Position numbers and translations under genes: made by a program. Shown here one piece after another: positions 1 to 8,384 of a DNA stretch of 64,000 bases (within the stretch, counting starts at the first letter, position 1; each line of letters begins with the position of its first letter). This DNA is from Candidatus Limnocylindria bacterium. GTDB taxonomy: Bacteria; Methylomirabilota; Methylomirabilia; Rokubacteriales; CSP1-6. The DNA lies in NCBI GenBank assembly GCA_035524955.1, contig DATLFG010000064.1, positions 2,309 through 66,308 of the forward strand, given 5' to 3'. The notes below the pieces were generated by a model, which was not told the DNA's origin, made no database searches, and was given only the letters and a program-made list of their open reading frames with translations.

Positions 1-54
1 TCCCGGGCGCCACGAGAGGATCGTCGCCTCGAGCGGCGCGTCGCGCCGGCCGCG

Positions 55-930
55 CTACACGACGGCCACGACGCGGCTGCGGGGCACTCCCGCGATCAGG
101 CCCTCGGCCTCGATGCGGAAGACGCTGCTGCCGACCGCCAGGCCGCGTCCCGCGAAGCGCCCGGGCACGCTCGGATACGGCGCGCGCACGCGTGTCTGCA
201 CCACGTCGGCGATCTCGGCGTCGGAGAGGCCCACCGCCTCGAGGACGAGCGGGGAGGCGGTGTTGATGTTCACGGTGCTCACCGCCGCCGCGGTGACCAG
301 CTCGCCCAGCCCGGGGCGGTCCTCGGCGCCCCCGTACAGCTCGCGGGTGACGCCGCGGATCTGGAGCAGCTCGGCGACGTCCTGGAGATTGCCGTTCCGG
401 GCGCGATAGGGGACGGCGAGCTGCGCGTAGAAGTCGCTCTCGGCTCCGTGGAGGCGATGCAGCTCGTTGGCATCGCGCCAGTCCTGGAGCGAGTCCTTGA
501 TGATGTCGCGCTGCGTCCGGTCCAGCCGAAGGGCGGCCAGCAGGCGATCGAGCCGGTCGGCGGCGGCGCTGTTGGTGCCGAGGCGCGCGGTCTCGTCGGC
601 GATCCGGTAGGAGAACGCGCCCGGGCCCAGGGCCACGCGCCGGCGCGGCAGGGAGGGCAACCGGATCGGCGTCGTCTGGCCGGGCAGGGCGCGATAGAAG
701 ACGAGCTGGCCGGTCTCGTCGAGCGCGGCCACCTGCGACGGATTCATGATCTCGCGCAGGGCCTGGTGCACCCCGGCCTCGGCCAGATGGCGGGCCAGCA
801 CGCCGTCGCGGTAGGAGCGCACCATCGAGGCCTCGAGGCGCGCCGAGAAGGCCAGCTCGGTCACCACCACCGCCAGCAGGGTCAGCACCAGCAGCACGGC
901 CAGCAGGACGAAGCCGCGCTCGCCGCTCAT
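55..930 (-). CDS. gspK: Type II secretion minor pseudopilin GspK
   Basis: Internal ATG at 930 of ORF 55..1422. N-terminus MSGERGFVLLAVLLVLTLLAVVVTELAF is a pseudopilin-type hydrophobic helix. The C-terminal NINTASPLVLEAVGLSDAEIADVV segment is typical of GspK. ATGA overlap with the gspJ stop. The upstream part of the ORF is Arg/Gly/Pro-rich shadow. Confidence 0.8.
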   Translation of the reverse strand: MSGERGFVLLAVLLVLTLLAVVVTELAFSARLEASMVRSYRDGVLARHLAEAGVHQALREIMNPSQVAALDETGQLVFYRALPGQTTPIRLPSLPRRRVALGPGAFSYRIADETARLGTNSAAADRLDRLLAALRLDRTQRDIIKDSLQDWRDANELHRLHGAESDFYAQLAVPYRARNGNLQDVAELLQIRGVTRELYGGAEDRPGLGELVTAAAVSTVNINTASPLVLEAVGLSDAEIADVVQTRVRAPYPSVPGRFAGRGLAVGSSVFRIEAEGLIAGVPRSRVVAVV

Positions 931-1523
931 GGGAGCGTGGCCCGGAGGGCGAAGGTGAGCGTCTGCTGGGCGCCCGCGCGAGCGCCGCCCCTGGTCACGA
1001 GCGTGACCTCGACGGCACGCGGCACCGTCTCTTGCCGCCTCATGTCCCACTCGTCCTGCCAGGCGCCGGGCTCCTCGCCCAGATACCGGAAGCGAACGGC
1101 CCGCGTCCCGGGGTCCACCAGGGTCGGCGGGAGCCGGTCCAGCGCGATCCGATCGGGCAGGGGCTGCTGGCGCAGCGTGAGCCCCGACGGCTCGCCGGCG
1201 AAGCTGACCGCGGTGAAGGCGATCGGCGCCGGCGCGGGGAACGGCGGCGAGAGGGTGGCGAACACGAGCTGATCCGGACGGCCGTCGAAGAGGATACGCG
1301 GCTCCTGCGGCGGCTCCGGGGTGAGCCGGTACGGGAAGGCGCCGTCGAGCGCCTGCTCGAGCAGGATCACCACGCTGCGCGCGTGGTCCATCTGGGCCGC
1401 GCGCGCCTCGCCCCGGTTCCACGCGGCCAGGCCCACCCGGAGCCCGCCGAGCGCGATCACGAGCACGGCCGCGGCGATGCCGAGGGCGAGCACCAGCTCG
1501 ACGAGGGTGAAGCCCCTCCTCAC
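927..1523 (-). CDS. gspJ: Type II secretion minor pseudopilin GspJ-like
   Basis: Prepilin-type leader and methylation motif (V/M)RRG|FTLVELVLALGIAAAVLV. A GTG start at 1523 gives a short leader. Position between gspI and gspK. Confidence 0.7.
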   Translation of the reverse strand: MRRGFTLVELVLALGIAAAVLVIALGGLRVGLAAWNRGEARAAQMDHARSVVILLEQALDGAFPYRLTPEPPQEPRILFDGRPDQLVFATLSPPFPAPAPIAFTAVSFAGEPSGLTLRQQPLPDRIALDRLPPTLVDPGTRAVRFRYLGEEPGAWQDEWDMRRQETVPRAVEVTLVTRGGARAGAQQTLTFALRATLP

Positions 1524-1611
1524 CCGGCCCTCTCCCCAGAGGGGAGAGGGTAAAGGGGGTAAAGGTCGGCCGACTCCCTCTCCCCGCTGGGGAGAGGGCC
1601 GGGGTGAGGGG
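1518..1611. repeat. REP-like palindromic element, family 1, copy A
   Basis: CCTCACCCGGCCCTCTCCCC-AGA-GGGGAGAGGG ... CCCTCTCCCC-GCT-GGGGAGAGGGCCGGGGTGAGG. Two 10-bp-stem hairpins sit inside a larger inverted repeat. It fills the gspI-gspJ gap. Confidence 0.85.
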
Positions 1612-1633
1612 CGGCTTCCACGCCGCGCGCGCC

Positions 1634-2008
1634 TCATGGCCCCGGCTCTTCCGCGACGGCGCGCAGGCTCGCCAGCTCCAGGGTGCGATGGCGGCCCCAC
1701 CGCACCGCCACCGAGAGCGCGTAGAGATGAAGGCGTGGCCCGGCGGCCGGCGTCAGCTCCTCGGGCACCGGCACCAGGGCCACGCGCCGCTCCCACTGGA
1801 ACCGCCCCTCGCGGCCCGCGTCCACGCCTTCAGCGAGCACGTCGGTGGCGCGCGCGACGCGATCCGCCACGACGACGGCCTGCTGGTAGTCGTCGGAGAG
1901 GTGGAGCAGGCGGAGACCCAGGGACGAGAGCTGCATGAGGGCGACGATGGCGATACCGAGGATGGTCACGGCCACCAGCACCTCGAGCAGGGTGAAGCCG
2001 CGGCTCAT
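1634..2008 (-). CDS. gspI: Type II secretion minor pseudopilin GspI
   Basis: MSRG|FTLLEVLVAVTILGIAIVAL prepilin motif. 124 aa. ATGA overlap with the gspH stop. Confidence 0.8.
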   Translation of the reverse strand: MSRGFTLLEVLVAVTILGIAIVALMQLSSLGLRLLHLSDDYQQAVVVADRVARATDVLAEGVDAGREGRFQWERRVALVPVPEELTPAAGPRLHLYALSVAVRWGRHRTLELASLRAVAEEPGP

Positions 2009-2463
2009 GAACCCGCCCGCCGCGTGCTCACCCGCCCGGTCAGCGCGTCCACCGCGATCACGTAGGCGCGCGATCCCGGCGCGGCGATGGCGAACCGGGC
2101 GCCGCTCGACATCCCGTGCGGGAGGAACGTCACGCGGGGCGCCGAGAGCGCGTCGGCCTCGATGCGCAGCCGCGGGGAGACGGCGCGGCTCCCCAGCACG
2201 CCGGCCTCGCCCTCGCGCCCGGCGCGGCGCACCACGAGCGCGTGCGCGTCGCGATCGACGACCACCTCGAGGGCCTGCCGACGGGTGACCGCCTGCTCGC
2301 GCGCGGAGCGGAGGAAGGCGGCGACCGCTCCCACCTCCGCGCGCGCCCGCACCCCGTCGGCCGTGCGCCCGACGGCGGGCGCGACCACCGCCGCGGCGAT
2401 GGCGAGCACCAGCAGGACCACCGCCAGCTCGATGAGCGAGAAGCCTTGCGGGCCCCTCACCAC
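2005..2463 (-). CDS. gspH: Type II secretion minor pseudopilin GspH-like
   Basis: (V/M)[26 protein letters not shown] prepilin motif. GTG candidates at 2463, 2460 and 2475, so the start is approximate. The upstream ORF extension is translated repeat. Confidence 0.7.
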   Translation of the reverse strand: MVRGPQGFSLIELAVVLLVLAIAAAVVAPAVGRTADGVRARAEVGAVAAFLRSAREQAVTRRQALEVVVDRDAHALVVRRAGREGEAGVLGSRAVSPRLRIEADALSAPRVTFLPHGMSSGARFAIAAPGSRAYVIAVDALTGRVSTRRAGS

Positions 2464-2636
2464 CGCACCCCTCACCCGGCCCTCTCCCCAGAGGGGAGAG
2501 GGAGTCAGTCCCCTCTCATGCCCTCGCCGCCGGCGGCGGGCGGGCTCCTCATCCCCTCGCGCCCGGAGGGGGAGAGGGCAGGGTGAGGGGGCCGGTGGTG
2601 AGGGGGCCGGTGGGGAGGGGGCCGGTGGTGAGGGCG
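2454..2636. repeat. REP-like palindromic element, family 1, copy B, with 15-nt tandem array
   Basis: Hairpin CCCTCTCCCC-AGA-GGGGAGAGGG at 2480-2502. The partner arm GGGGGAGAGGGCAGGGTGAGG is near 2567-2589. Then GGTGAGGGGGCCGGT repeats about 3.6 times (2582-2636). It fills the gspG-gspH gap. Confidence 0.85.
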
Positions 2637-2663
2637 CGGGCGGCGAGGGGGCGCGTGACGGCG

Positions 2664-3092
2664 TCACTTCGCCTCCCAGGAGTTGACGTCGCCGTTCTCG
2701 CCGTCGCCTCCGGGCGCGCCGTCGGCGCCGTAGGTCCAGATGTCGTAGTCACCGTGATCGCCCGGGCAGCACTTGTACTGGTAGCTACGCCCCCAGGGAT
2801 CGGCCGGCACCGCCGGCTTCTTGAGATAGGGCCCGTTCCACGCGGCGACGTTGGGGTTCTGCGCCAGCGCCTGCAGGCCGGCGCCCGAGGGCGGGTAGGC
2901 GCCGACGTCGAGCCGGTACTGGTCGAGCGCGGCGCCGAGCAGCTCGATCTGCGCCTTGGCAGTGGCCTGCTTGCTCTGTCCCACGCGGCCGAAGAGTCGC
3001 GGCCCCACGAGCCCGGCGACCAGCCCGAGGATGATGATGACGACCAGCAGCTCGATGAGCGAGAACCCGCGCTGATCCCGGAGCCACCTCAT
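2664..3092 (-). CDS. gspG: Type II secretion major pseudopilin GspG
   Basis: MRWLRDQRG|FSLIELLVVIIILGLVAGLV, then the GspG-type body ...AKAQIELLGAALDQYRLDVGAYP...DPWGRSYQY. 142 aa. ATGA overlap with the gspF stop. Confidence 0.9.
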   Translation of the reverse strand: MRWLRDQRGFSLIELLVVIIILGLVAGLVGPRLFGRVGQSKQATAKAQIELLGAALDQYRLDVGAYPPSGAGLQALAQNPNVAAWNGPYLKKPAVPADPWGRSYQYKCCPGDHGDYDIWTYGADGAPGGDGENGDVNSWEAK

Positions 3093-4312
3093 AGCGGCAG
3101 ATCGGTGACCGAGAGAATGGCCAGGAGCATGGCGACGACGATGAAGCCGACCACCAGGCCCATGACCAGGATGATGCAGGGCTCGGCCAGCGCGATCAGC
3201 CGCTTGACGAGCTTGCGCGTGTCGGCCTCCAGGGAGGCCGCCACCTGCAGCAGCGTCTCCTCGAGGCGCCCCGTCTCCTCGCCCACGCGCACCATGTGGA
3301 CGGCCAGCGGCGGGAAGGCGCCGGCCTCGGCCATGGGCTGAGCGAGGCCGGCGCCGCGCCGGGCGCCCTCGCCCAGGCCCTCGACGGCGCGCGCCAGCAC
3401 CTGGTTGCCGAGCATGTCCTTGACCACGGCGAGGGCCGGAATCATGGCCACGCCGCTCCGCAGCAGCGTTCCGAGGATCCGCGTGAAGCGCGCCACCTCG
3501 GTCTTGACGATGACCTCGCCCGCCACCGGCAGCCGGAGCAGCAGCCGATCGGCACCCAGCCGCCCGCGCGGCGTGGCGAGCACCATGCGGCTCGCGAGCA
3601 CGCCGCCCCCGGCCAGCAGCGCGAGCAGCCACCAGTAGCGCTGGATCGCGCCGCTCGCCTCCAGCAGGATCAGCGTGGGCAGGGGGATGGTCGCGCCCAG
3701 GTCGCTGAAGATGACCGCGAACCGCGGGATCACGAAGGCCATCAGGAAGACGACCGCGGCCGCGCCCACCCCGGTCAGCAGGACGGGATAGATCAGCGCG
3801 GAGACCACTGCATCGCGGAACTCCTGCGACTCCTCGAGGAAGCCGGCGAGCCGGCGCAGCGTGGTCTCGAGCACCCCGCCCTTCTCGCCCGCCCGCACCA
3901 TGTTGATGTAGAGCCGCGAGAACGGGCGCGGATGCTGCTTGCCGAGCGCGTCGGCGAACGAGCTGCCGCCCTGCACGCTCCGCAGCACGTCGCCCATGAT
4001 GGCGCGCAGCCGCGGCGTGGGCGCCAGCTCGGCCTGGATCGCCAGCGCGCGGTCGAGCGGGAGCCCCGCCTCGATCAGGGTGGCGAGCTGCTGGGTGAGC
4101 GAGACCAGATCCCGGCCCGCCACGCGACCGCGGCCCGCCTCGGGCCAGGCGAGGCCCAGCAGGCGACGGCGCTGATCCTGCGCGTCGATCGCGATCGGGA
4201 AGTAGGCGTCGCGCTGCAGGCGCTCGACGACGGCGCGGGCGTCCGGCGCCTCCATCACGCCGTCGATCGTCTGCCCCCGGCGGTCGGCCGCCCGATAGCT
4301 GAAGACCGTCAT
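3089..4312 (-). CDS. gspF: Type II secretion inner-membrane platform protein GspF
   Basis: 407 aa from ATG 4312 (MTVFSYRAADRRGQTIDGVMEA...). Duplicated GspF/PilC-type domains and three TM segments. The first 28 codons of the listed ORF are repeat-derived. Confidence 0.9.
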   Translation of the reverse strand: MTVFSYRAADRRGQTIDGVMEAPDARAVVERLQRDAYFPIAIDAQDQRRRLLGLAWPEAGRGRVAGRDLVSLTQQLATLIEAGLPLDRALAIQAELAPTPRLRAIMGDVLRSVQGGSSFADALGKQHPRPFSRLYINMVRAGEKGGVLETTLRRLAGFLEESQEFRDAVVSALIYPVLLTGVGAAAVVFLMAFVIPRFAVIFSDLGATIPLPTLILLEASGAIQRYWWLLALLAGGGVLASRMVLATPRGRLGADRLLLRLPVAGEVIVKTEVARFTRILGTLLRSGVAMIPALAVVKDMLGNQVLARAVEGLGEGARRGAGLAQPMAEAGAFPPLAVHMVRVGEETGRLEETLLQVAASLEADTRKLVKRLIALAEPCIILVMGLVVGFIVVAMLLAILSVTDLPL

Positions 4313-4327
4313 GCCGGCTCTCGCCCG

Positions 4328-4471
4328 ACCCTCACCCTGCCCTCTCCCTGAAAGGGAGAGGGAGAAGGTGCACCCTCTCCCCTCTGGCGAGCGCAAGATC
4401 GAACACCCTCTCCCCTCTGGAGAGAGGGCAGGGTGAGGGGCCCGGAGGTGAGGGGCCCGGAGGTGAGGGGA
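4328..4471. repeat. REP-like palindromic element, family 1, copy C, with 15-nt tandem array
   Basis: Hairpin CCCTCTCCC-TGAAA-GGGAGAGGG at 4340-4362. 17-nt direct repeat CACCCTCTCCCCTCTGG at 4371-4387 and 4404-4420. GGTGAGGGGCCCGGA repeats about 2.7 times (4432-4471). It fills the gspE-gspF gap. Confidence 0.85.
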
Positions 4472-4481
4472 GCGAGGGGGC

Positions 4482-6224
4482 TCACGTGTCCTCCTGCGTG
4501 ACCCGGAGGATCTCTTCGACCGTGGTCAGCCCCGCGCACGCCTTCGCCCACGCGTCCTCGCGCAGCGTCACCATGCCCTGCGCCACCGCGTGCCGGCGGA
4601 TCTCGCCGGCCGGGATCTTCCGGACGATGAGCCCGCGCGTCTCGTCGGTGATCCGGAACAGCTCGTAGATGCCGGTGCGCCCGCGGTAGCCCGTCCCGCG
4701 GCAGTCGTCGCAGCCCTTGCCGTGGAACAGCTCCACGCCGGTCGCGTCGGTGACCCCGAGCGCGAGCAGCTCGGCCGGGTCCGGGTGGTCCGGCGCCCGG
4801 CAGGCCTGGCAGATGCGGCGCACCAGCCGCTGGGCGAGCACGCCGTTGAGCACCGAGGAGACCAGGTAGGGCTCGCAGCCCATGTCTTGAAGCCGCGTCA
4901 CCGCGGCCGGCGCGTCGTTGGTGTGCAGCGTGGAGAAGACGAGGTGGCCGGTGAGCGCGGCCTGGATGGCGATCTCCGCCGTCTCCAGGTCCCGGATCTC
5001 GCCCACCATGATGACGTCCGGATCCTGTCGCACGATGTGGCGAAGACCGGAGGCGAAGGACAGCCCGATCCTGGGACGCACGGGGATCTGGTTGACGCCC
5101 TTGAGCTGGTACTCCACCGGGTCCTCGACCGTGATGATCTTCAGGTCCGGACGGTTGATCTTGTCGAGCGCCGCGTAGAGCGTGGTGGTCTTGCCGGAGC
5201 CGGTGGGGCCGGTGACGAGCACGATGCCGTGCGGCCGGTGAACGAGGCCCTCGAACGCGCGCGCCGTCGCCGGCGCGAAGCCCAGCCGGTCGAAGGGCAG
5301 GAAGACCGACGAGCGGTCCAGCAGCCGCATGACGATGGATTCGCCGTGGATGGTGGGCACCGTGGAGACGCGGATGTCCACCCGCCGCCCGCCCGGCGCC
5401 GTGACGCGGATACGCCCGTCCTGCGGCAGCCGCCGCTCGGCGATGTTCATCTCGGCCATGATCTTCACGCGCGAGGTCAGCGCGGCCTGCAGCCGGCTGG
5501 GCGGGGCCTCCTGGTCGTAGAGCAGCCCGTCGATCCGGTAGCGCACCCGCAGGCTGTCCTCGAAGGGCTCGATGTGGATGTCGGAGGCATCCGCGGCGAC
5601 CGCCTCGTCGATGAGCAGGTTGACGAGGCGCACGACCGGCGCCTCGAAGGCCATGTCGCGCAGGTGGTCGACGTTGTCCTCGGGCTCCGCGTGGCGATCC
5701 GTCCCCGGCCCCATGCCCTCCACGATCTTCTGGAGCGCGGTGTTCGCCCCGTAGGCGCGCTCGATGGCCTCGAGGATGGCCGGCCCGGGCGCCACGCAGA
5801 GCTTGATGGCGAGCGAGAGGCTCTGCTGGACCTCGTCGAGCAGCAGGGGATTCGTGGGGTCGGCCGTCGCCACCGTCACCGTCGCGCCCTCGACCGCGAT
5901 CGGGCAGGCGACGTACTGCCGCAGGTACTTCGGCGACAGCTCCTTGAGGGCGGGCGGGGTCGAGGGCAGCTCCTCGGCGGCGAGAAACGGCAGCCCGTGC
6001 TGGACCGCCACCGCGCGCAGCACGCTCTCCTCGCGGGCCGCTCCGTTGGCGACCAGCGTCTCCCCGAGCCGGCGGCCTTCCTGCCGCGCGCGCGTGAGGG
6101 CCGCTGCGAGGATGTCCGGCGTGATGGTGCGGGACTCCACGAGAAGCTGTCCGATGCGGCCCGGATCCACGAGAGCGGGGTCCAAAGTGTGCGAAGTATC
6201 CGGTCCGCGTCGAGAGCGCGTCAA
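4482..6224 (-). CDS. gspE: Type II secretion ATPase GspE
   Basis: N-terminal MshEN/T2SE_N-type domain, Walker A GPTGSGKTTT, and a tetracysteine motif CQACR...CDDCRGTG. The listed start is TTG at 6224. No clear SD, so the start is uncertain. Confidence 0.9.
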   Translation of the reverse strand: MTRSRRGPDTSHTLDPALVDPGRIGQLLVESRTITPDILAAALTRARQEGRRLGETLVANGAAREESVLRAVAVQHGLPFLAAEELPSTPPALKELSPKYLRQYVACPIAVEGATVTVATADPTNPLLLDEVQQSLSLAIKLCVAPGPAILEAIERAYGANTALQKIVEGMGPGTDRHAEPEDNVDHLRDMAFEAPVVRLVNLLIDEAVAADASDIHIEPFEDSLRVRYRIDGLLYDQEAPPSRLQAALTSRVKIMAEMNIAERRLPQDGRIRVTAPGGRRVDIRVSTVPTIHGESIVMRLLDRSSVFLPFDRLGFAPATARAFEGLVHRPHGIVLVTGPTGSGKTTTLYAALDKINRPDLKIITVEDPVEYQLKGVNQIPVRPRIGLSFASGLRHIVRQDPDVIMVGEIRDLETAEIAIQAALTGHLVFSTLHTNDAPAAVTRLQDMGCEPYLVSSVLNGVLAQRLVRRICQACRAPDHPDPAELLALGVTDATGVELFHGKGCDDCRGTGYRGRTGIYELFRITDETRGLIVRKIPAGEIRRHAVAQGMVTLREDAWAKACAGLTTVEEILRVTQEDT

Positions 6225-6335
6225 TCGTACAAATATGTCGACAGTGTCTTGAAGAAGTTGCAGGGCGGGGCGCGTGACAGGGTGCAGAGCCCTGCGGTCT
6301 ACTGCGCTCCCCTGAGGGCAGAGGGGGCAGGCGTG

Positions 6336-6731
6336 CTAGCGCGGGCGGTCCTTGCCGCGTCGGGGAGCCGGTGGGACGTTGCTGTAGGTGAGCGTGTCGT
6401 CGGGGCCCCGATAGCGGTAGATCGTCTGCGGTGTCCCGCCGGCAGCCTCGCCAAGGCCCGCCTCCTTCAACACCCGCCGGACGTACTGCTGAGTCTCCGG
6501 GTACGGAGGGATCCCGCGATAGGTGTCCACGACGGCTTCGCCCGCGTTGTAGGCGGCCAGCGCCAGGGCGACGCTGCCCTGGTAGCGATCGAGGAGATAC
6601 CGGAGATGCCGCACGCCCCCGCGGATGTTCTCGCGCGGATCGAAGCGGTCCAGCACGCCCAGGGCCGCGGCCGTCGCCGGCATGAGCTGCATCAGCCCGC
6701 CCGCGCCCTTGGGCGACACCGCCGCCGGGTC
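6336..6731 (-). pseudogene. Lytic transglycosylase (SLT domain) fragment lacking its N-terminus and catalytic Glu region
   Basis: The translation reads (stop)DPAAVSPKGAGGLMQLMPATAAALG...AAYNAGEAVV, which is the SLT core starting just after where the ES catalytic motif should sit. There is an in-frame TAG at 6734-6732. Confidence 0.6.
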
Positions 6732-6741
6732 CTACCGGCGC

Positions 6742-6921
6742 ATGGAGCGGCTGGAGCAGGAATACTACGCGATCTCGCAGCAGCTGCGGCGCATCGAGGC
6801 AGTGCTGACCGACGAGAGCGGGCGGCGGGAGATCCTCGAGCGCGATCTGCCGGCGCTCAAGGAGCACGTCGCGCTGCTGCAGGCGCGGATCGGCGACATC
6901 GAGCGGCGGCTGGGCGGCTGA
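6742..6921 (+). CDS. Small coiled-coil protein (59 aa), function unknown
   Basis: MERLEQEYYAISQQLRRIEAVLTDESGRREILERDLPALKEHVALLQARIGDIERRLGG. Third-position GC is nearly 100% in this frame. Heptad-like pattern. Confidence 0.5.
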   Translation: MERLEQEYYAISQQLRRIEAVLTDESGRREILERDLPALKEHVALLQARIGDIERRLGG

Positions 6922-6928
6922 GCTACCC

Positions 6929-6975
6929 GCCCCTCACCCTGGCCCTCTCCCCCTCAGGGGGAGAGGGGAGGGAAG
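6929..6975. repeat. REP-like palindromic element, family 1, copy D
   Basis: CCCTCACCCTGG-CCCTCTCCCCC-TCA-GGGGGAGAGGG (11-bp stem at 6943-6967), between convergent stops at 6921 and 6979. Confidence 0.8.
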
Positions 6976-6978
6976 GAG

Positions 6979-7926
6979 CTAGCGGGGGGGTGGCTGGCTG
7001 CGGGCGCGCTTGACGAGCTCGGCGACGCGGTCGCGGTCCTCGCCCTTGGGCACCAGGGCCATGAAGCGCTCCCATGCGGCGACCGCGCCCGGGTAGTCCT
7101 GCTTCTGCTCGTAGAGCACCTGGCCGCGGTAGAGATAGGCGGGGGCGTACTGCGGATCGATCTCGAGGGCCCGGTCGAAGGTCTCGAGCGCGGAGTCGGC
7201 GTGGCCGCCGACCGCGACGATGAGACCCAGGTGGGTCATCGCGTCGACATTGCGCTCGTCGCGCTTGAGCACCGCCTGGTAGGCGGCGATCGCCTCGGAG
7301 TAGCGCCCCTCGAAGAGGCTCTGGCGCGCGGCCTGCAGCATGCCGGCCAGCATCTCGGGGGGGATCGGCTGGCCCGGCTCGAGCCGGACATTGGGCGGCA
7401 CGACGGGGGCAGGGGGCGGGCCCGGCACCGGGAGGCGGGCGCCGGGCGGCGTGAAGCTCTCGTCGCGCTCGGTGAAGCGCCCCGCGTTGACGCCGATGAT
7501 CACGCCGAAGACCAGCAGCGCCACCGCGCCCGCCGCGAACGTGGCCGGATGCCGGGTCCAGGAGGCACGGGCTTCCTGGGTTGCCCGCGGCCGGGGAAGC
7601 GCGGGGGCCATGTCGGGGCCCTCCCGTACGACGGATCCGAGCGCATCCAGCTCGGTGATCAGCGCGCCCGCGCGGGATTCGTAGCGCTCGCGGAGGCCCT
7701 GGTAGTCCGGATCGGAGAGATGCCCCGCCTCGTGGTCGAAGTCGAGCTCGCGCAGCGCGCGGTAGAGGGCGGCCTTCTCCTCCTCGAGCTCGAGCCGGCG
7801 GTCGTCGGAGGCGCGACCGACCGGCGACGCCGCCGTCCCGGCGCGGCGGCCCAGCAGCGGCCACAGCACGATCGCGAGCGCGGGCAGCACGACCGCGGCG
7901 ATCAGCGTGAGCTGCAGCGCGGTCAC
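6979..7926 (-). CDS. ccmI: Cytochrome c biogenesis protein CcmI/CycH (TM + TPR)
   Basis: GTG at 7926 (GTGA overlap with the ccmH stop). N-terminal TM VTALQLTLIAAVVLPALAIVLWPLLG, LYRALRELDFDHEAGHLSDPDY motif, and C-terminal TPR repeats. Confidence 0.8.
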   Translation of the reverse strand: MTALQLTLIAAVVLPALAIVLWPLLGRRAGTAASPVGRASDDRRLELEEEKAALYRALRELDFDHEAGHLSDPDYQGLRERYESRAGALITELDALGSVVREGPDMAPALPRPRATQEARASWTRHPATFAAGAVALLVFGVIIGVNAGRFTERDESFTPPGARLPVPGPPPAPVVPPNVRLEPGQPIPPEMLAGMLQAARQSLFEGRYSEAIAAYQAVLKRDERNVDAMTHLGLIVAVGGHADSALETFDRALEIDPQYAPAYLYRGQVLYEQKQDYPGAVAAWERFMALVPKGEDRDRVAELVKRARSQPPPR

Positions 7927-8384
7927 GGCTCGCGCTCGGCCATCTCGCGGCGGATGCGCGCGCGCATCGCGTCGTCGGGCGCGGGCTCCGTGCTCGCGCC
8001 GGCGGGCCGGCGGGTCCAGCGGCGCATCAGCAGGATCACCAGCACCAGACCCGCGGCGAGGCCGGCGAACGGGACCACCCAGACCAGCAGGTTGAAGCCC
8101 TCGCGCGGCGGGGCGAGCAGGATCCACAGGCCGTACTTCTCCACGAAGTAGGCCTTCACCTGCTCGGGCGAGTCGCCCGCGGCCAGGCGCTCGCGGATGA
8201 TCCCGCGCATCTGGTTCGCGGTCTCCGACGGAGAATCGGCCACCGACAGGCTCTGGCAGACCACGCACCGGAGCTGGGCGCCGATCTCGTGGACGGTGTT
8301 CTCGTCGACCGTGGCGGAGGCGAGCGGAGACGCCGCGGCGAGCGTCCCGACCAGGAGGAGGGCCCGGACCAGCGCGCGGCTCAC
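7923..8384 (-). CDS. ccmH: Cytochrome c-type biogenesis protein CcmH
   Basis: Signal sequence, LRCVVCQ (LRCxxC) motif, C-terminal TM. GTG at 8384 overlaps the ccmG stop. Confidence 0.85.
   Translation of the reverse strand: MSRALVRALLLVGTLAAASPLASATVDENTVHEIGAQLRCVVCQSLSVADSPSETANQMRGIIRERLAAGDSPEQVKAYFVEKYGLWILLAPPREGFNLLVWVVPFAGLAAGLVLVILLMRRWTRRPAGASTEPAPDDAMRARIRREMAEREP

Noticed and set aside
2582-2636. Tandem 15-nt repeats considered as a possible CRISPR array (also at 4432-4471)
   Set aside because: The units are directly adjacent with no spacers, they are only 15 nt long, there are fewer than 4 copies, and no cas genes are present.
930-4396. N-terminal extensions of the T2SS ORFs containing ...SPLWGEGRVRG..., ...PSPPAPSPPAPSPP..., ...SGRGQGEGRARAG...
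   Set aside because: These peptides are translations of the family 1 palindromic repeats and 15-nt arrays, or of shadow sequence. Prepilin leader motifs and Met/Val starts define much shorter genes.
4309-6867. 852-aa minus-strand ORF spanning gspE and the SLT fragment
   Set aside because: It is out of frame with the well-supported gspE. The translation is Arg/Gly/Pro/Ala-rich low-complexity sequence, typical of shadow ORFs in ~70% GC DNA.
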